A stretch of 59,394 nucleotides of DNA from Octopus bimaculoides (lineage: Eukaryota): NCBI RefSeq assembly GCF_001194135.2, contig NC_068981.1, forward strand, positions 117,460,191 to 117,519,584, given 5' to 3'. A program made the translations under genes and the position numbers. Each line of letters begins with the position of its first letter. Position 1 is the first letter of the stretch. The notes beneath the pieces are model-generated. The model had not been told where the DNA came from. It ran no database searches and worked only from the letters and a program-made list of their open reading frames with translations. Shown piece by piece: positions 36,846-50,316 of this stretch.

Positions 36846-38751
36846 ATTTCTGTGGATATGATTTTATGTTTGTCTCAGAAGAATGAAAGGTTATAGAGCT
36901 TTAGGAATGATTACTGTATATCCGTCTGTATATTTGGTGGTAATTCTGTATGTAAAGGTAGAAATTTTGTTTAACTTATTACAGAAACACCATATGCCCT
37001 TCTCTTAGAAGGATCTTATTATGTTTATGTGGTCTTATAATTTACGTTTTATTGCATGAGGATTTTGGGCGAATGCCATCATTGACAAGTGAGATAGAAA
37101 ATCGATTCCCGGATATGCGCAGTAATGATGTCTTTGTGTTGTTAAAAGGCACAAGATTGCTTTAGAATGTTTCCAAGGTCTCTGTTCATAGAGACTTTGT
37201 AAACTTGTTATGTGGTTGCACGTATAGTAACTCTATAAGGGACGAGAAAAACAGTTGAGATTATGAAGTAGATATGAGTGGCATTTGAAGGGACTAAGTA
37301 AAGGTCATTGTTCGGTTGTAATAAGAAATCTTCTAAGGACATAAATCCTTAAAAGTGAGGAGTGTAGTAAGTAATAAAAGTTATATGAGTAAAGAACAAT
37401 GTAGGGTATTATTTACTTAAACGGATAATGTTATTAACAAGTATTTGACACTTTGAAATTGAGGTCTATGCACAAAACTTGCAGGAAACAAGTTAACTAT
37501 GAAGGAGAAAAACGGGAAATAAAATTAGTGACCAAATAATGCTACGTTGATTTGTAGTAGTATGCTACCGGTTATTTTTAATCAGGTCTGGTTCGGTCTA
37601 GAGATAAACAACTTGATGACGACAAAAACAGCAATAAAGAATATAATTATAAAAAAACTACTTACGAAGGTATTTACAAGTAGAAGTCTAAGAGATTATC
37701 TTGATCAAAATATTTTCCTATAATGTTCTATAAATATATATTTCAAGAGTATAAAATATTATAAATTGAAACATTGGGAATATACACTAAGTTTCAGCAG
37801 GACGAATTATTGCAGGTATCTGAGTCTCGTCAAATCCTCTGCAGAATCCTGGGTACCGTCTTAGCAAGAATTAGTTACTCAAAGCTGTATAGAAAAAAAG
37901 TACATTATTGACACGAGGGTGTGCTAATGTGAATATTGCAGTTGGATTGGCGTTAAATAGTTGATACACTAACATAATCTGGAAGCTTTTAGCGAATTTA
38001 TATCTTAAACATATATTGTCTTGATACGAAATGAAACTCGTTGGATATAGCGTGACACTAATAACGATATATAATCCAATTAGTGAGCCTCTCTGCAGTT
38101 ATTTCTCATGCTGAATAACTGCACTGAGCCTCTCTTGTTGGAGTACACACACACGCACACGCATACAAACAGAGGCACGCATGCACACACACATACACAC
38201 ACACACATGTAGGTAAGTATGTATGTATTGTGCTGGTGTGCGTTATTAATTACTTTTATTACATAGTTTATTAGCTTAATATAACTTGAAGAAATAAACA
38301 GGTGAATGTATAGCTATTTATTTAATTTAAAAACCCATATCTTCAATCGATAGCCTGAAAGTTTTCCTTTACAATAATAATACAATGGCTTCCCTTCGAC
38401 GTGTTCTCTCTTTTCAGATGTTACTTCACAAATCTCTCAATACTCAAGAAGGAACCCAGTTGATCAAACGAATGAAGTAACGGAGAGACTGCGAGTTCAG
38501 TAGCTCTAGCTTTTTGTGCTTGTCTCCCACAACCGCTTGACAACCGTCGTTGGTTTGTTTACATCTTCGTAGCTAAGCCGTTCGGAATAGCCCGATAGAA
38601 TTAAGTACCAGATGTAAAACAGTAAATGTTGGTGTCGATTTTGCTTCAATAAATTACTGTTAGCTCACAATCAGCAACACTGCTGTAACAAATGGAGAAA
38701 GTTCTCGAAATCAGTCATAGCGCAGCATCAATACCATAAATATCGACAAGA

Positions 38752-39680
38752 CCACCACCACCACCACCACCACCACCACCACCATAACTAATACTACTTC
38801 CACATAACTATAGCTACCAGACTGCTACCACCATCACCACCACCACCACCACAATCAACACCTCCTCCACCACTACCACCACTACCACCACCATAAGTAA
38901 TACTACTACCACACAACTATAGCTACCAGACTGCTACCACCATCACCACCACCACCACAATCAACACCTCCTCCACCACTACCACCACCAACACCACCGC
39001 TAGTACCACAGTTACTACCACTACTATCACTAACACCGTGACCATCATCAACACTACACCACTATAACCGTCACATTCCTGTCAACCCCACAGCCATCAC
39101 CACCACGTCACTCAACCACCACAACCATCACCGTCTCCACCACCACCTCCACTCACTTATTAGTGCCAACAACCGTCCGTCAACATTACCTTCACTCATT
39201 TCCCCTCCAGCTCCTTTCCCTCCTCCGTCATCACCAATCAAACCCCTTCTTAACTGTCCTGTCATCACTTTCTTAAAACAATAAGCAACACCACTTTTCA
39301 CCATAACAAATAGAACCCAGAAACAACGAATCACTTCATCACTTCGTCCTAAATATAACACACGGACGCCATCATCATCATCACCATCATCATCCTCATC
39401 CCTCCACCACCATTACCATCACCATTACCACCACCACCACCATCGTCTATTAAACAAGACCATCACCACAACCAGCACTCTTAGCAACGCCATCACCATC
39501 ATTACAACTACTACCACCACAACCATCACCACCACCACCACTACCGCATCAACCACACCGCCAACATCGCCATTATTTGTCGTTGCTATTACCATCTTCA
39601 TCATCTGAAAGACAACCTCTCAACCAACCATCACCGCCATCACCGTAAGCCACCACCATCATCATCATAACTACGATTAA
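38752..39680. repeat. Long degenerate (ACC/ACT/ATC)n tract containing a 109-bp tandem duplication
   Basis: Copies start at 38781 and 38890 (..ACTATAGCTACCAGACTGCTACCACCATCACC..). Confidence 0.85.
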
Positions 39681-40059
39681 CAACACCTCAGACATCAAAT
39701 AAATAAATAGAAAATGTGCTAACAATGGAGTCTCCATACGTCGCTGTAACTGATAGAAATAGATACCAAATTTCCATCAAAGTAATAACTACCATCTTAA
39801 AAAAAGGATAAAGTTGGCCTTTCTTAACTGTTCTGTATCGTTGCAGCAGTTCATCCGTGTCCACCATGTCTGGATTTTTTGCATAGATTTTTGTGCTCAG
39901 AAGAGGCGGTACGGTCTTGTTTGTCCTGTTTGTTGAAAGCAAGGAAGAGTCCGAGCATTCCTACACACTGCAGTGTAGTCAATTTTGGGATGGAGTGGGG
40001 TGAGAAAGAAAGAGAGAGAAAGAGAGAAACAGGGAGAAAAGGAAAAGAAAGAAGAGGGT

Positions 40060-40195
40060 GGGGGAATAGAAGATTTGAGTCAAGTACTTGATTGAACATC
40101 GACTCCAAGATTTGAACTCAGAAATCAAAGGCCTTGAAATATTGCTGCAAGGCATTTGTCCGACAGTCTAATGATTCTACCAATCGGCCGCTTTA
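40060..40195 (-). mobile_element. Truncated SINE family A
   Basis: GATTTGAACTCAGAA...AATGATTCTACCAATCGGCCGC is the reverse complement of the head. Confidence 0.55.
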
Positions 40196-40407
40196 ATGTA
40201 GTCTGAGGTATCTCTAAAAAGAAGGTTGGTCAAGGCTAGAGTACAACTGATTACAGGTTTGTCCGATTTAGGCTGAACTGAGACGAAAACATCAGCACAA
40301 CGGCAGAAGTAATAACAGCAGTACTCGGGTACTGACAGAGGTTACGTTTCTGTCATACTCTTTTATTCTTATATTGTGTTTCAGTTATTGGACAGCGGGA
40401 AAAAGTA

Positions 40408-41198
40408 TGTTGGGCAGTCAGATAAATTCGTTCGTATCTTTCCAATGTTATTTAAATTATCGTGAAAATACATTTACTGTAGTGCTTTGTGGTAGTTTGT
40501 AGCTCTAATCTTCCTGAACAGCTTTTGTTCACCATCAGGGCTTCTCTATCGACATAAGTGTGCTCGTTCAACATTGGGTTATAAGTGGATACAGATTTCT
40601 TTACCGCATCGTCACCAGCGATCGTGTTTTTGAAGTAAAGGAAAGAGCGACCAAGTACCGTCAAACAGGTAACACTCTGGTGTCTACGCAAAACAATGAT
40701 CTGTGTTTGGTTGGATTTGGAAATGGTAATCCACTACGAAATGCTTGAAAACAACAATACGAGCAATGCAGAGCTTTACGTTCTGCAAATGTTCTCTCTA
40801 ATCGAAGCAAACCAGCTGATACGACCCGACCGGTGACACGGTGTAGTTTGATCAAAAATGTTATTTCAGAGCTTGGTTGGGACGTTCTACTGCACGCACA
40901 ATATTCTTCTGACATAGCGTCATCAGATTTCGACCGCTTTCAGTTGCTCTCCAACAGTCTGCGAGCCGTTTCGTTTAACAGTGACGGGGAGCTAAAAGCG
41001 TGGATTGGGGAATTCTTCGAGTCAAGAATCGATGATTTCTACCATCGAGTCCTTGACAAAGCAGTGGAACATTGGCAAGAAGTTCTGAACGATGAGGAAT
41101 ACATTTATTGAGTGACTTTTAAAAAACTGTTGCTGAAAAATAAGGATTGAAATAAACGGAAAAATAAAACGAACGAACGAATTTATCTGTCATCCTGA
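40408..41198 (+). mobile_element. Internally deleted mariner (DD34D) element with both TIRs
   Basis: CAGATAAATTCGTTCGT at ~40418 and its reverse complement at ~41172-41188. Fragments FLYRIVTSD, KTMICVWLD..IHYEML, ELGWDVLLHAQYSSDIASSDFDRFQLLSNSL (cf. HPPYSPDLAPSDYHLF). Confidence 0.9.
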
Positions 41199-41214
41199 TA
41201 TCTATTATCGTTTA

Positions 41215-41460
41215 TCTTTTATATTTTACTTGAATCATTTGACTGCGGCCAAGAGTGGGCATCGCCTCGAGTAATTTTTGTCGAACGAATCACCCCAGTA
41301 CTTATGTGTTTTCTTTTGCGGGAGGGGGGATTTGCCTGGTACTTATACTATGTTTCTTTTGCCGAACCACTAAGTTACAGGGACGTAAACTCACCACACC
41401 GGTTGCCAAGCGGTGGTGGGGGACAAATAACGACACAAAGACACGTGCACGCCCCCCACC
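41215..41460 (-). mobile_element. 3' half of SINE family B
   Basis: GCCGAACCACTAAGTTACAGGGACGTAAAC and CATTTGACTGCGGCCA are reverse complements of the family B tail. Confidence 0.75.
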
Positions 41461-41475
41461 CACACACATATAAAG

Positions 41476-41795
41476 AGTAAAGCACCCCTTCGGACACGAA
41501 TGACGATGAGATTGCACCTAGAAAGTTCCGGGCAAGGTTGTTTATGGAAGATCAGAAGTCGCCTATACATACCAGCCTCCCCTCTCCATGCCACTGATAT
41601 TATCCAAGGGAAAGGCAAAGGCCGATACAGCTTGGCACCAGTGACGTCGCAACCCATTTCTACAAATGAATAAACTGGAGCAACGTGAAATAAAGTGTCT
41701 TGCTCAAGAAAACAACACACAGCCCGGTCCGGGAATCGAACTCACAACCACACGATTGTAAGCTCGATGCTCTAACCACTGAGCCATTCGCCTCC
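41476..41795 (-). mobile_element. SINE family C (tail type 3)
   Basis: Minus head GGAGGCGAATGGCTCAGTGGTTAGAGC (A box), GTTCGATTCCC (B box), core CTTGAGCAAGACACTTTATTTCACGTTGCTCC and a distinct tail GGAGAGGGGAGGCTGGTATG. Confidence 0.8.
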
Positions 41796-42544
41796 ACACA
41801 CACNNNNNNNNNNNNNNNNNNNNNNNNNNNNNNNNNNNNNNNNNNNNNNNNNNNNNNNNNNNNNNNNNNNNNNNNNNNNNNNNNNNNNNNNNNNNNNNNN
41901 NNNNNNNNNNNNNNNNNNNNNNNNNNNNNNNNNNNNNNNNNNNNNNNNNNNNNNNNNNNNNNNNNNNNNNNNNNNNNNNNNNNNNNNNNNNNNNNNNNNN
42001 NNNNNNNNNNNNNNNNNNNNNNNNNNNNNNNNNNNNNGGGTGTGTGCTAGTCCTGCCAGCAATACTAATCACAATATATAGAAAGCAAAGCAGTAAACTA
42101 TTCGTGCTGGCACACAGACATGGACTGCTTTTGATAGTTGATTTGCTCCATCAGGGCTGATCCGGACAGAAACAACAACCACAGCACCGGCAGCAACAAC
42201 AACAGTAACAGTACTTCAGCAGCACCACCAATACCATTGCTAACCCTACCCCGTCTAAAGAGAAGAACACGAGGAGTATGTGCGGCGGGAATGTTATTGT
42301 CCAAACAACATGATGTTTATACTTGTAAAGTATTTCTTTGTTTTCTATTTCGCATCTTTTTTGTTTTTCAATGGCTGCTTTTGTTAAGTTTTTTGTTTTA
42401 CTATTTTAAGAAGTTTTGTTTTGTTTTATTTTCATTTAACACTTGCTCTTTTTTCGTTTTTTCAAGGCTGGCGATTTGGACCAAACGTAATCTATACCAC
42501 GAGAATCCATCTCCAGTAACAATATCAACACTACTACCATGGGA

Positions 42545-42975
42545 CAACGTGGCAAACTTGTACGTGGTCACTAAATCTGCTAGAAATTGCAGCTAAATTT
42601 CTCTTTAATCACACAATCCATCGTTTTGGATAAAAAAATGTATTGCACAATGTGATGGTCACAGATGCTCAGTGCCAGAGGAAAAGTGAAAACTTGACTA
42701 ACAGTGGAACGACTTAGAGCGAAGAAACATCGATGTTGATCGTTTCATTATCAGCTTGATCCTACGGAGGAAAGTGTCAGTGCGGGAGCCTCTATACAGT
42801 CGCTCATAAAAGAAACAACAGCTACATCTTCAAATCAAAAGCAATTTGATTTATAACAGAAAAGAGGAGACATTGAATAATATAATCATAGATACACTGT
42901 AAGATTAGTTGGTTAGTGCTGGAAGGTTTTTATGCTCGAAAAGGGCTGGCCTGATGTTAAGAGTCAATAATTTCA
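42545..42975 (+). mobile_element. Two tandem relics of an ancient SINE-like repeat
   Basis: TGCTAGAAATTGCAGC motif (cf. 5717 and 5954) and ACATTGAATAATATAATCATAGATAC..GGGCTGGCCTG, similar to 47120-47230 and 48650-48740 (minus). Confidence 0.4.
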
Positions 42976-43221
42976 CTATTATCATTCCCAGAACTCTTCG
43001 TATATATTGGTACATATTTAGCTAATTGAGGTATCAGTACTGATCCACATGTTCAAAGTATTCTCAATTTCTTTCTTAGCCAGAGACAGAAAACAAAAAT
43101 TTTCGATAACGGTTAGTGACTCTGTGACCAAAGGGGAAACGATTTCAAAATATTAAAAATAATTTTCATAAAATTATTTTGCGTGTTAGAAGGGAATATT
43201 TGCCTTGCTTGTATTGAGATA

Positions 43222-43262
43222 ACTCGGAACATGTTTCGATTTTATTGAACATCATCAGCTTA
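43222..43262 (-). ncRNA. Degenerate hammerhead-like motif (PLE-type)
   Basis: Minus strand CTGATGA-TGTTCAATAAAATC-GAAAC-ATGTT with palindromic AACATGTT; helices I and II pair poorly. Flanking ATATTTGCCTTGC is shared with 54957-54969. Confidence 0.4.
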
Positions 43263-45679
43263 CCACAGTCCGTCAAACCTACGATGGTTTTTACATATAC
43301 AGAAGTACAGGGAATTTTGGCGAGTAATAACTCAAGTGGCCAAATTGCATGGATCCAAATAGATAAACTATGAGGTCATGTACTGAATGACATACATAAA
43401 AACTTTCTAGTTAATTGAAATGGTTGGAAAAGGAAGACAAAAATCTAGGGTTAATTGTTTGTGACTTTGGGAGAATGAAACTACCGGTCGATAAAAGTAT
43501 ATGTCCAGAGGGATGGATTAGAGCGCAGTATCTATTCTAGTTCTTTGCCTTCTGAGTTCTTCAGAGGCAGACTTAGTCTACCGCCTAGTGTAATATCTTC
43601 ATTTGTTTCTTGGGCGCCTTTAGCGGAGTTCGGTGTGTTGAAAGCGCTCTGGTTAGTTCTTCGGTCTAAGGACAACTTCTTTAGCTCACTTCACTTTTTC
43701 TAACCATTGTTGGATTGAAGGCTCTGGAGAAGAAAAAAAATTAAGGAAACCAAAAATCATGAGCACAGTCCATCCGTCACAGACTAAACGGTTAGGAAAA
43801 AGATACAAATCTGAGAACATAAGGTTTTGAGTCAAATCTGCAATGAATTTTGATCAGTACTCTGATAATTCCACAAATTCATGGCTTTTGGTTGGTGTTT
43901 TATTGACTCTGGAATGCTAAAATGCAAAGCTGACAGAACATAATGAGCCGAAACAAATATCACAAATCATTCTGACACTCTACTGGATCAGCCAATATCC
44001 TACCTTAAAGTTTAGGCACTAGCAATCAGCTTTGTATAGGCTGTTGTTTCTATTATTTTTGTTTAGCTCCAGGTCAGATCTGATCGACCAAAACCACCGA
44101 CAGATAAGTTCAAGCCCAGAGATTATCCTAATTTTCTTCAGACAAAAAATATTTAGGAATACGTTAGGGCAGCAAAAAGTAATTTATGAGAAATTTTGTC
44201 AGTACTTTTTGCATATTAAGCATCCTCGTGGGGTCCCACTTTTGATCGAGGCTTTATATATATATATATATATATCGAAGAAGTAGGGCTTTTCAAGGTG
44301 TAACCCGGCAACCGAAAATGTTTAACTATGTGATCTGTTGATGGGCATGGCAAACTAAGACTCACTGGAAATTGAAATCATTTGAACTGAAATGGGACAT
44401 CGTTTACTGAGTCGTTGCGATAGAGGATCTTGTGTGCTGATCACCTAATCGATGCATCCTATGCTCGGGAGTCTCATGAGACCGTGCAATGGAGGTTCGT
44501 GTTCGTATATCATTGAGTCTATTCTTTCTGTCGGGTGTTTCCTGAACTCACTGTTGATGCCCTCTGAGAGACTTTCATTTGTGTCACCCAAATGAAATTC
44601 TCTACACAGAGGCATACGCACACACTAACATACATACACACACACATATACTTAAACATATTCAAACATATATTCAATCAATGTGAGAGATATACATATA
44701 TAGTTAAAAATTAGAGAGTGTAATAAATATATTTAGAGAGGGAGAAAAGTTTACAGTGAGAAAAGTGTAAAAGACAGAGAGAGACAAACAGAGAGATCTT
44801 TTCTGCTGCTGCTGTCACAGATTTTCAAATTCTTAAAGTTAAATCATAATTTTCAAATTGATATATTGATGTAATTTTTCACACTGAATCGGATTTTGCG
44901 ATTCATGCAATCTAGAAAAATTTTAGAAAAATTTTACAACTGTTTAAAGTTTACTCATTTTTACCTAATAAAAAAACAGAATCTGGAAGCTAGCATTTTC
45001 AGCGTGATAACTGACTATCACAAAATGAATGCAAACGCACTACGACGACGAAGTTTTAAACAAAATGAAAGCAATTACATGTAAAAAGTGAGAGTGGGGA
45101 AGCTGTATGCGTGAGTGATATACATATACAGAGAAAAAAGTGAGACAGAATATAGTAGATATATAGAGAGAGGGGGAAAGCGTAAAATACAGATAGAAAG
45201 ATAGATAAACAGATAGGAAAGATAGAGAGAAGGAATTTGGCGATCTGATATTTGAGTTATTTCTCGCATCAAATTATATTTTTTATTACCTTTTACCGAA
45301 AACCTTCTCCTTGGGACGCAGATTTCGATAATTAAATCCGTTTTGCTCGAGAATACACCACTTCAGAACCTTTCGGTAATATACACACGTGCACTCCCAT
45401 CTATATAGTAGTTGTTGTCGTGTAACTCCAGACTATTCCTGATTGAATCGCTCTATTATCAAAGGCATCTCAACCGTGTTCACCACTTCTGTTCATTTTT
45501 CTTTAAGCTTAATGCATCAGAAAATACACAATCACGCTTGTTTCCTCAAAGAGAAATGTATGGTCTTTGTGACTATACTAACCCCCACTCTTTTTTAGTG
45601 TTAAGATAGTATTAATCATCACAAATAAGATTCTGAGAAGAGAAAGGTCACGATCACTGCAAAAGATTGCATCAAAGCT

Positions 45680-45930
45680 ATGATGCTGCCAGGTTGGCCA
45701 CATTCTCTGTCAAACCGTTCAACGGCATGCGAATATAGACATGATTTGCGAACCACCTGACATCAAGTGTAAAAGGGCCAGTCCAAAGACCACTTGGTGG
45801 GGGAGATTTCAAGGTGACTTGAAGTCTATGAAAATTGCATGGAATTGATGCTCAGAGAGTAGCAGATGTCCAAACCTGGTGGAAGAAGCTTGCCGCTTGA
45901 TGTGCTGAGCAGAAAGACCCACAGCTAAAA
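45680..45930 (+). mobile_element. RTE-clade LINE 3' end relic
   Basis: PKTTWWGRFQGDLKSMKIAWN*..RVADVQTWWKKLAA*CAEQ resembles GRPKTTWR..DL....TW.EA...A.DR..W. Confidence 0.55.
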
Positions 45931-45974
45931 CTATAAAAAGCAAATAGCAGAGCGCCAAGTTAAATATATTCTCA

Positions 45975-46323
45975 GAGTGCTGTGTAGTAAGAAGCTTGCT
46001 TCCCGACCACGTAGTACCAGGTTCAGTCCCACTGCGTGGCACCTTGGGCAAGTGCCTTCTACTATAGCCTCGGGCCGACCAAACCCTTGTGAGTGGATTT
46101 GGTAGGCGGAAACTGAAAGAAGCCCGTCGTATATTTGTGTGTGCGCGCGTGCGCGTGTGTTTGTCCCACCCACCAACCGGTGTTGGTGTGTTCATGTCCC
46201 GTAGCTTAGCGGTTTTAGCAAAACAGACTTCCAAAAATGTTCTGGGGTGGATTTGTCCGACTAAAACTGTTCAAGGCGGTGCATCGGCATGGCTGCAATC
46301 ATATGATTGAAACAAATAGATGA

Positions 46324-46325
<2 letters not shown>
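45975..46325 (+). mobile_element. SINE family B
   Basis: GGTTCAGTCCCACTGCGTGGCACCTTGGGCAAGTG...GTGAGTGGATTTGGTAG..GAAAGAAGCCCGTCG, shared with 50317, 51958 and 55008. Confidence 0.85.
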
Positions 46326-46357
<32 letters not shown>

Positions 46358-46475
46358 NNNNNNNNNNNNNNNNNNNNNNNNNNNNNNNNNNNNNNNNNNN
46401 NNNNNNNNNNNNNNNNNNNNNNNNNNNNNNNNNNNNNNNNNNNNNNNNNNNNNNNNNNNNNNNNNACACACACAC

Positions 46476-46549
<74 letters not shown>

Positions 46550-46579
46550 ATGTGTGAGTGAGTGTGTTTGCTTTTATGT

Positions 46580-46815
46580 TTAGTTGTAAGGATTTCAAAT
46601 TTTGGCACGCGGTCAGCAGTTTTGTGGAAGGGCCCAAGTCGATTAAATCCACTTCAGTAGTGAACTGGTATTTCTTTCATCGGCCCCGAAAGGATGAAAA
46701 GCAAAGTAAAAGTTAAAGTCAACTTCGGTGGAATTTGGACTTCGGATGTAGAGACGGACGAAATGCCGCGAAGCAGCTTGCTCGGAGTGCTTACGATTCT
46801 GTCAGGTCGCCACAT
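46580..46815 (-). mobile_element. SINE family A
   Basis: CATCGGCCCCGAAAGGATGAAAAGCAAAG...GGAATTTGGACTTC...TACGATTCTGTCAG. Confidence 0.7.
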
Positions 46816-47294
46816 TATCTAATGTATCCTCACTTTTTCAAGACATTACGCCGTCCTTTGAGAGAGAGAGAGAGAGAGGAGAGGGCAGAGAGAGAGAAGG
46901 GGGAGAGGGGCAGAGAGAGGCAAAGGGAGGCTGACAGACAGACACACGCACGCACACGTACACACACACACACACACACACACACAGATATGGCTGCTAT
47001 TTCTAACTGAGGGAGCGATCATAGAGAGAAACTCCTTTCGTTGTCCGGATTGTTGTTGTTGCTCTCATTAAGCGGCGTTAAGACCATTCTTCCCCAAACA
47101 TCCACCGCTTTTGAATCAGGACACATTTAATAAGGTAGTCCGAGATATAAACACGATTGGACTGTCATGGCTGGAATGCCATTGAATAGAGATATGCCTG
47201 ATCAGTGCTAACTCTGGGCTAAACTACCACATCATTCACAACAGCATGCCGCAAACACCAACACCGCCAACACCGTTAGTGTTAACAGTTATGT

Positions 47295-47556
47295 TGGCAC
47301 TCTGTCGCTTACAACGTCGAGGGTTCCAGTTGATCCGATCAACGGAACAGCCTGCTCGTGAAATTAACGTGCAAGTGGCTGAGCACTCCACAGACACGTG
47401 TACCCTTAACGTAGTTCTCGGGGATATTCAACGTGACACAGTGTGACAAGGCTAACCCTTTGAATTACAGGCACAACAGAAACAGGAAGTAAGAGTGAGA
47501 GAAAATTGTGGTGAAAGAGTACAGCAGGGTTCACCACCATCCCCTGCCGGAGCCTC
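47295..47556 (-). mobile_element. Retroposon 3' end of unassigned family with degenerate (AAC)n-like tail, cut by a gap
   Basis: GC-richer block ending on the minus strand ...GCGACAGAGTGCC-AACATAAC. Recalled as a common Octopus repeat; single copy here. Confidence 0.45.
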
Positions 47557-48399
47557 NNNNNNNNNNNNNNNNNNNNNNNNNNNNNNNNNNNNNNNNNNNN
47601 NNNNNNNNNNNNNNNNNNNNNNNNNNNNNNNNNNNNNNNNNNNNNNNNNNNNNNNNNNNNNNNNNNNNNNNNNNNNNNNNNNNNNNNNNNNNNNNNNNNN
47701 NNNNNNNNNNNNNNNNNNNNNNNNNNNNNNNNNNNNNNNNNNNNNNNNNNNNNNNNNNNNNNNNNNNNNNNNNNNNNNNNNNNNNNNNNNNNNNNNNNNN
47801 NNNNCATTGTCTCCGACCCCATGCTAACAATACACCACCACCACCAACCCACCACTACCATTCAACGACAAAATTACGACAATAACAACAACAACAACAA
47901 CAACAACAACAGCAGCAACAGCAATAATAGCAAAAGCAACGAAATTGTTTCTGTTTTCTTAAGACAGGAAACCGTTGAACGTCCAGTCAGTAATAATTAC
48001 ATCCATCTTATGACACAAGCCCACACACAGACACCCCCACCCACACACACACATATGCATACGCACACACACACACACACACGCATATGGTCCAGACGAT
48101 CGAACGATAACAAAATATTTGGTCGTGTTGACGGGTGGCATTAAAAGTGGGAAAGAAGTGGCAGTTTAGGGGTGTTTGGAATCGGCTTTTGAGGATTTCG
48201 GTGACGACGGTAAAACACCTTGACTTTTGTTCAATTTAGTTTTATCTGTTTCTTTTATGTTCTTTGTTTTGAATTGTTTAATGGTTTGATTTCGTGTTTG
48301 TTGTTTTTGTTTGTCTCGGATTTATTCTTACCACTTCTGCCGCTACTTCGTTGTTATTGTGGTCGACGGTGTTATTCTTTATAATGTGACATGGCATAC

Positions 48400-48434
<35 letters not shown>

Positions 48435-49880
48435 ATTTATTTATTTGTTTGCCTACTTCAGTGTATGTTCTTCAATAGAATATTTTAACAATGGAGGAAA
48501 GAGAGGGACATGTAGGAGGAGCAGGAGGAGGAGCAGGAGATGAACAATAAATAAAAAATGAAGGTAAGGCGAGAAGTGGGAGATAATGGGTTAGTTCCTC
48601 ATTATCTCTTTTTCCTTCTCTTCTTCGTATTGCTGTATTTGCTGGTACTGTAGTATGTGTTGTTTAGCCCCATGTCAACCTTAATCGAGCTGTCCTATTA
48701 TCAATGCAATCCAACCACGACTAACCTGTCTTTTTAGTAGTATAGCTACACCACCGATTCTCCCGAGTTTGAACTCACATATAAAAACCAAAACATCGTT
48801 ACTCTAATGTTTTATCGCCTTCTTTTCTTAACCTACCATCTCTCTAAAATTAACCAGCTAATATAATTCTTAAAATGAAAACAACGAAATGAAAAACGCC
48901 AGATCATACATTCAAAATAAATGGAAGTGGAGAGACAAGTTACTGAAGAGATTGCAAGAGTGCAATGAAATAATTTAACAAAAAACTATATAAATTAATA
49001 AAGGACTGAACCAGTGCGTGTGTTTATTACCGGCATAATGCCTCTCCCAAGGTTTAATTGAAAAATCTTATATTTGATCATTAATCATAATTTCTCTGTC
49101 TGACAATTCTTCTAAACTTTTCGCTAAATTCTGTAACTAATATCTTTATTGTTAGTCAGTTGGTTAACTATCTAACCAATTGACAAATCGATCGTTTGTT
49201 TGATTGCTTTGCTAACAAATTAATTTGTTGGCTAAACAACCAAACACTTGGTTGTCAAAGTCCTTTCATCACTGCTTGCCAACTTATCAGTAACATGCCC
49301 TCTCTCCTTCGAAATCCAGGAAAATCGAAATTTTATAACAATAACGTAAATTCATGTGAAAAATTATATTGACTTAGCTGAATAATAAGAAGGATGGTGA
49401 TTGATTGATTGATTGAGTGAGTGAGTGCGTGAGTGAGAAGAAAAGAGACATCTATACATACATACACACATGCATACATACATACATACATACATACAGA
49501 CAGACAGACAGACAGACAGAGGGGAGTTTAAAGCAAAGAGAATCAAAGAAAGACATTTTAGAAATAAAGAAATATCGATTAGACAAAAGTTGACAAATTC
49601 GAAGAATTGCGTATCCGAACTTGATAGATAATTTATTTTACCGACTCCAGAAGAGAGAACTTGGTGGGATTTAACTTAAAACACGAAATCTAACTTATTA
49701 TCAAAAGGGATTATATCAAATGCTCTATTCATGTCGCTAAACAACTGTCATTTGAGTTCTTTATCAGTAAATAATGTAAATAAAGGGGAAAAAATAACAC
49801 TTTAAAAAAAGTAGTGCAATAGTGAGAGTAAGAGAGAGAAAGGGAGTGGGGAAGACAGACAGACAAACAGACAGATAGAG

Positions 49881-49911
<31 letters not shown>

Positions 49912-50005
49912 AAGAGAGTGAAGAAAACATAAACACATGCGTACATACATGTATACACACACACACATACATACATGAACACATACTAGCATACACACGC
50001 ACACG

Positions 50006-50083
<78 letters not shown>

Positions 50084-50099
50084 GCATGTATACACACAT

Positions 50100-50300
50100 A
50101 TATGTACATACTTGCATCTACATGTGTATATAGATGCATATCAGAGTACAGGACGTTAGCAAAATGAACTACAGACAACGGAACGAACACATAGGAAAAC
50201 AGATAGCCACTTGGAATTATTCCTTCATCAGCTGCCTCTATTCTAACAAGGCGTTTCGAAGATAATATATGTCTTTGAGGATAGAATAAGCCGAAAGAGA
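50100..50300 (-). mobile_element. Possible Penelope-like terminal-repeat relic
   Basis: Minus strand TCTTCGAAACGCCTTGTTAGAATAGAGGCAGCTGATGAAGGAATAATTCC contains scattered hammerhead half-motifs. Confidence 0.3.
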
Positions 50301-50316
50301 ATCTCAAACAAGCGAT

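Noticed and set aside
36850-37560. Possible decayed RT-like sequence
   Set aside because: Only one weak motif resemblance; not supportable.
41720-41795. tRNA-like sequence with A and B boxes
   Set aside because: There is no closed acceptor stem and it continues into the SINE core; it is a SINE head, not a tRNA gene.
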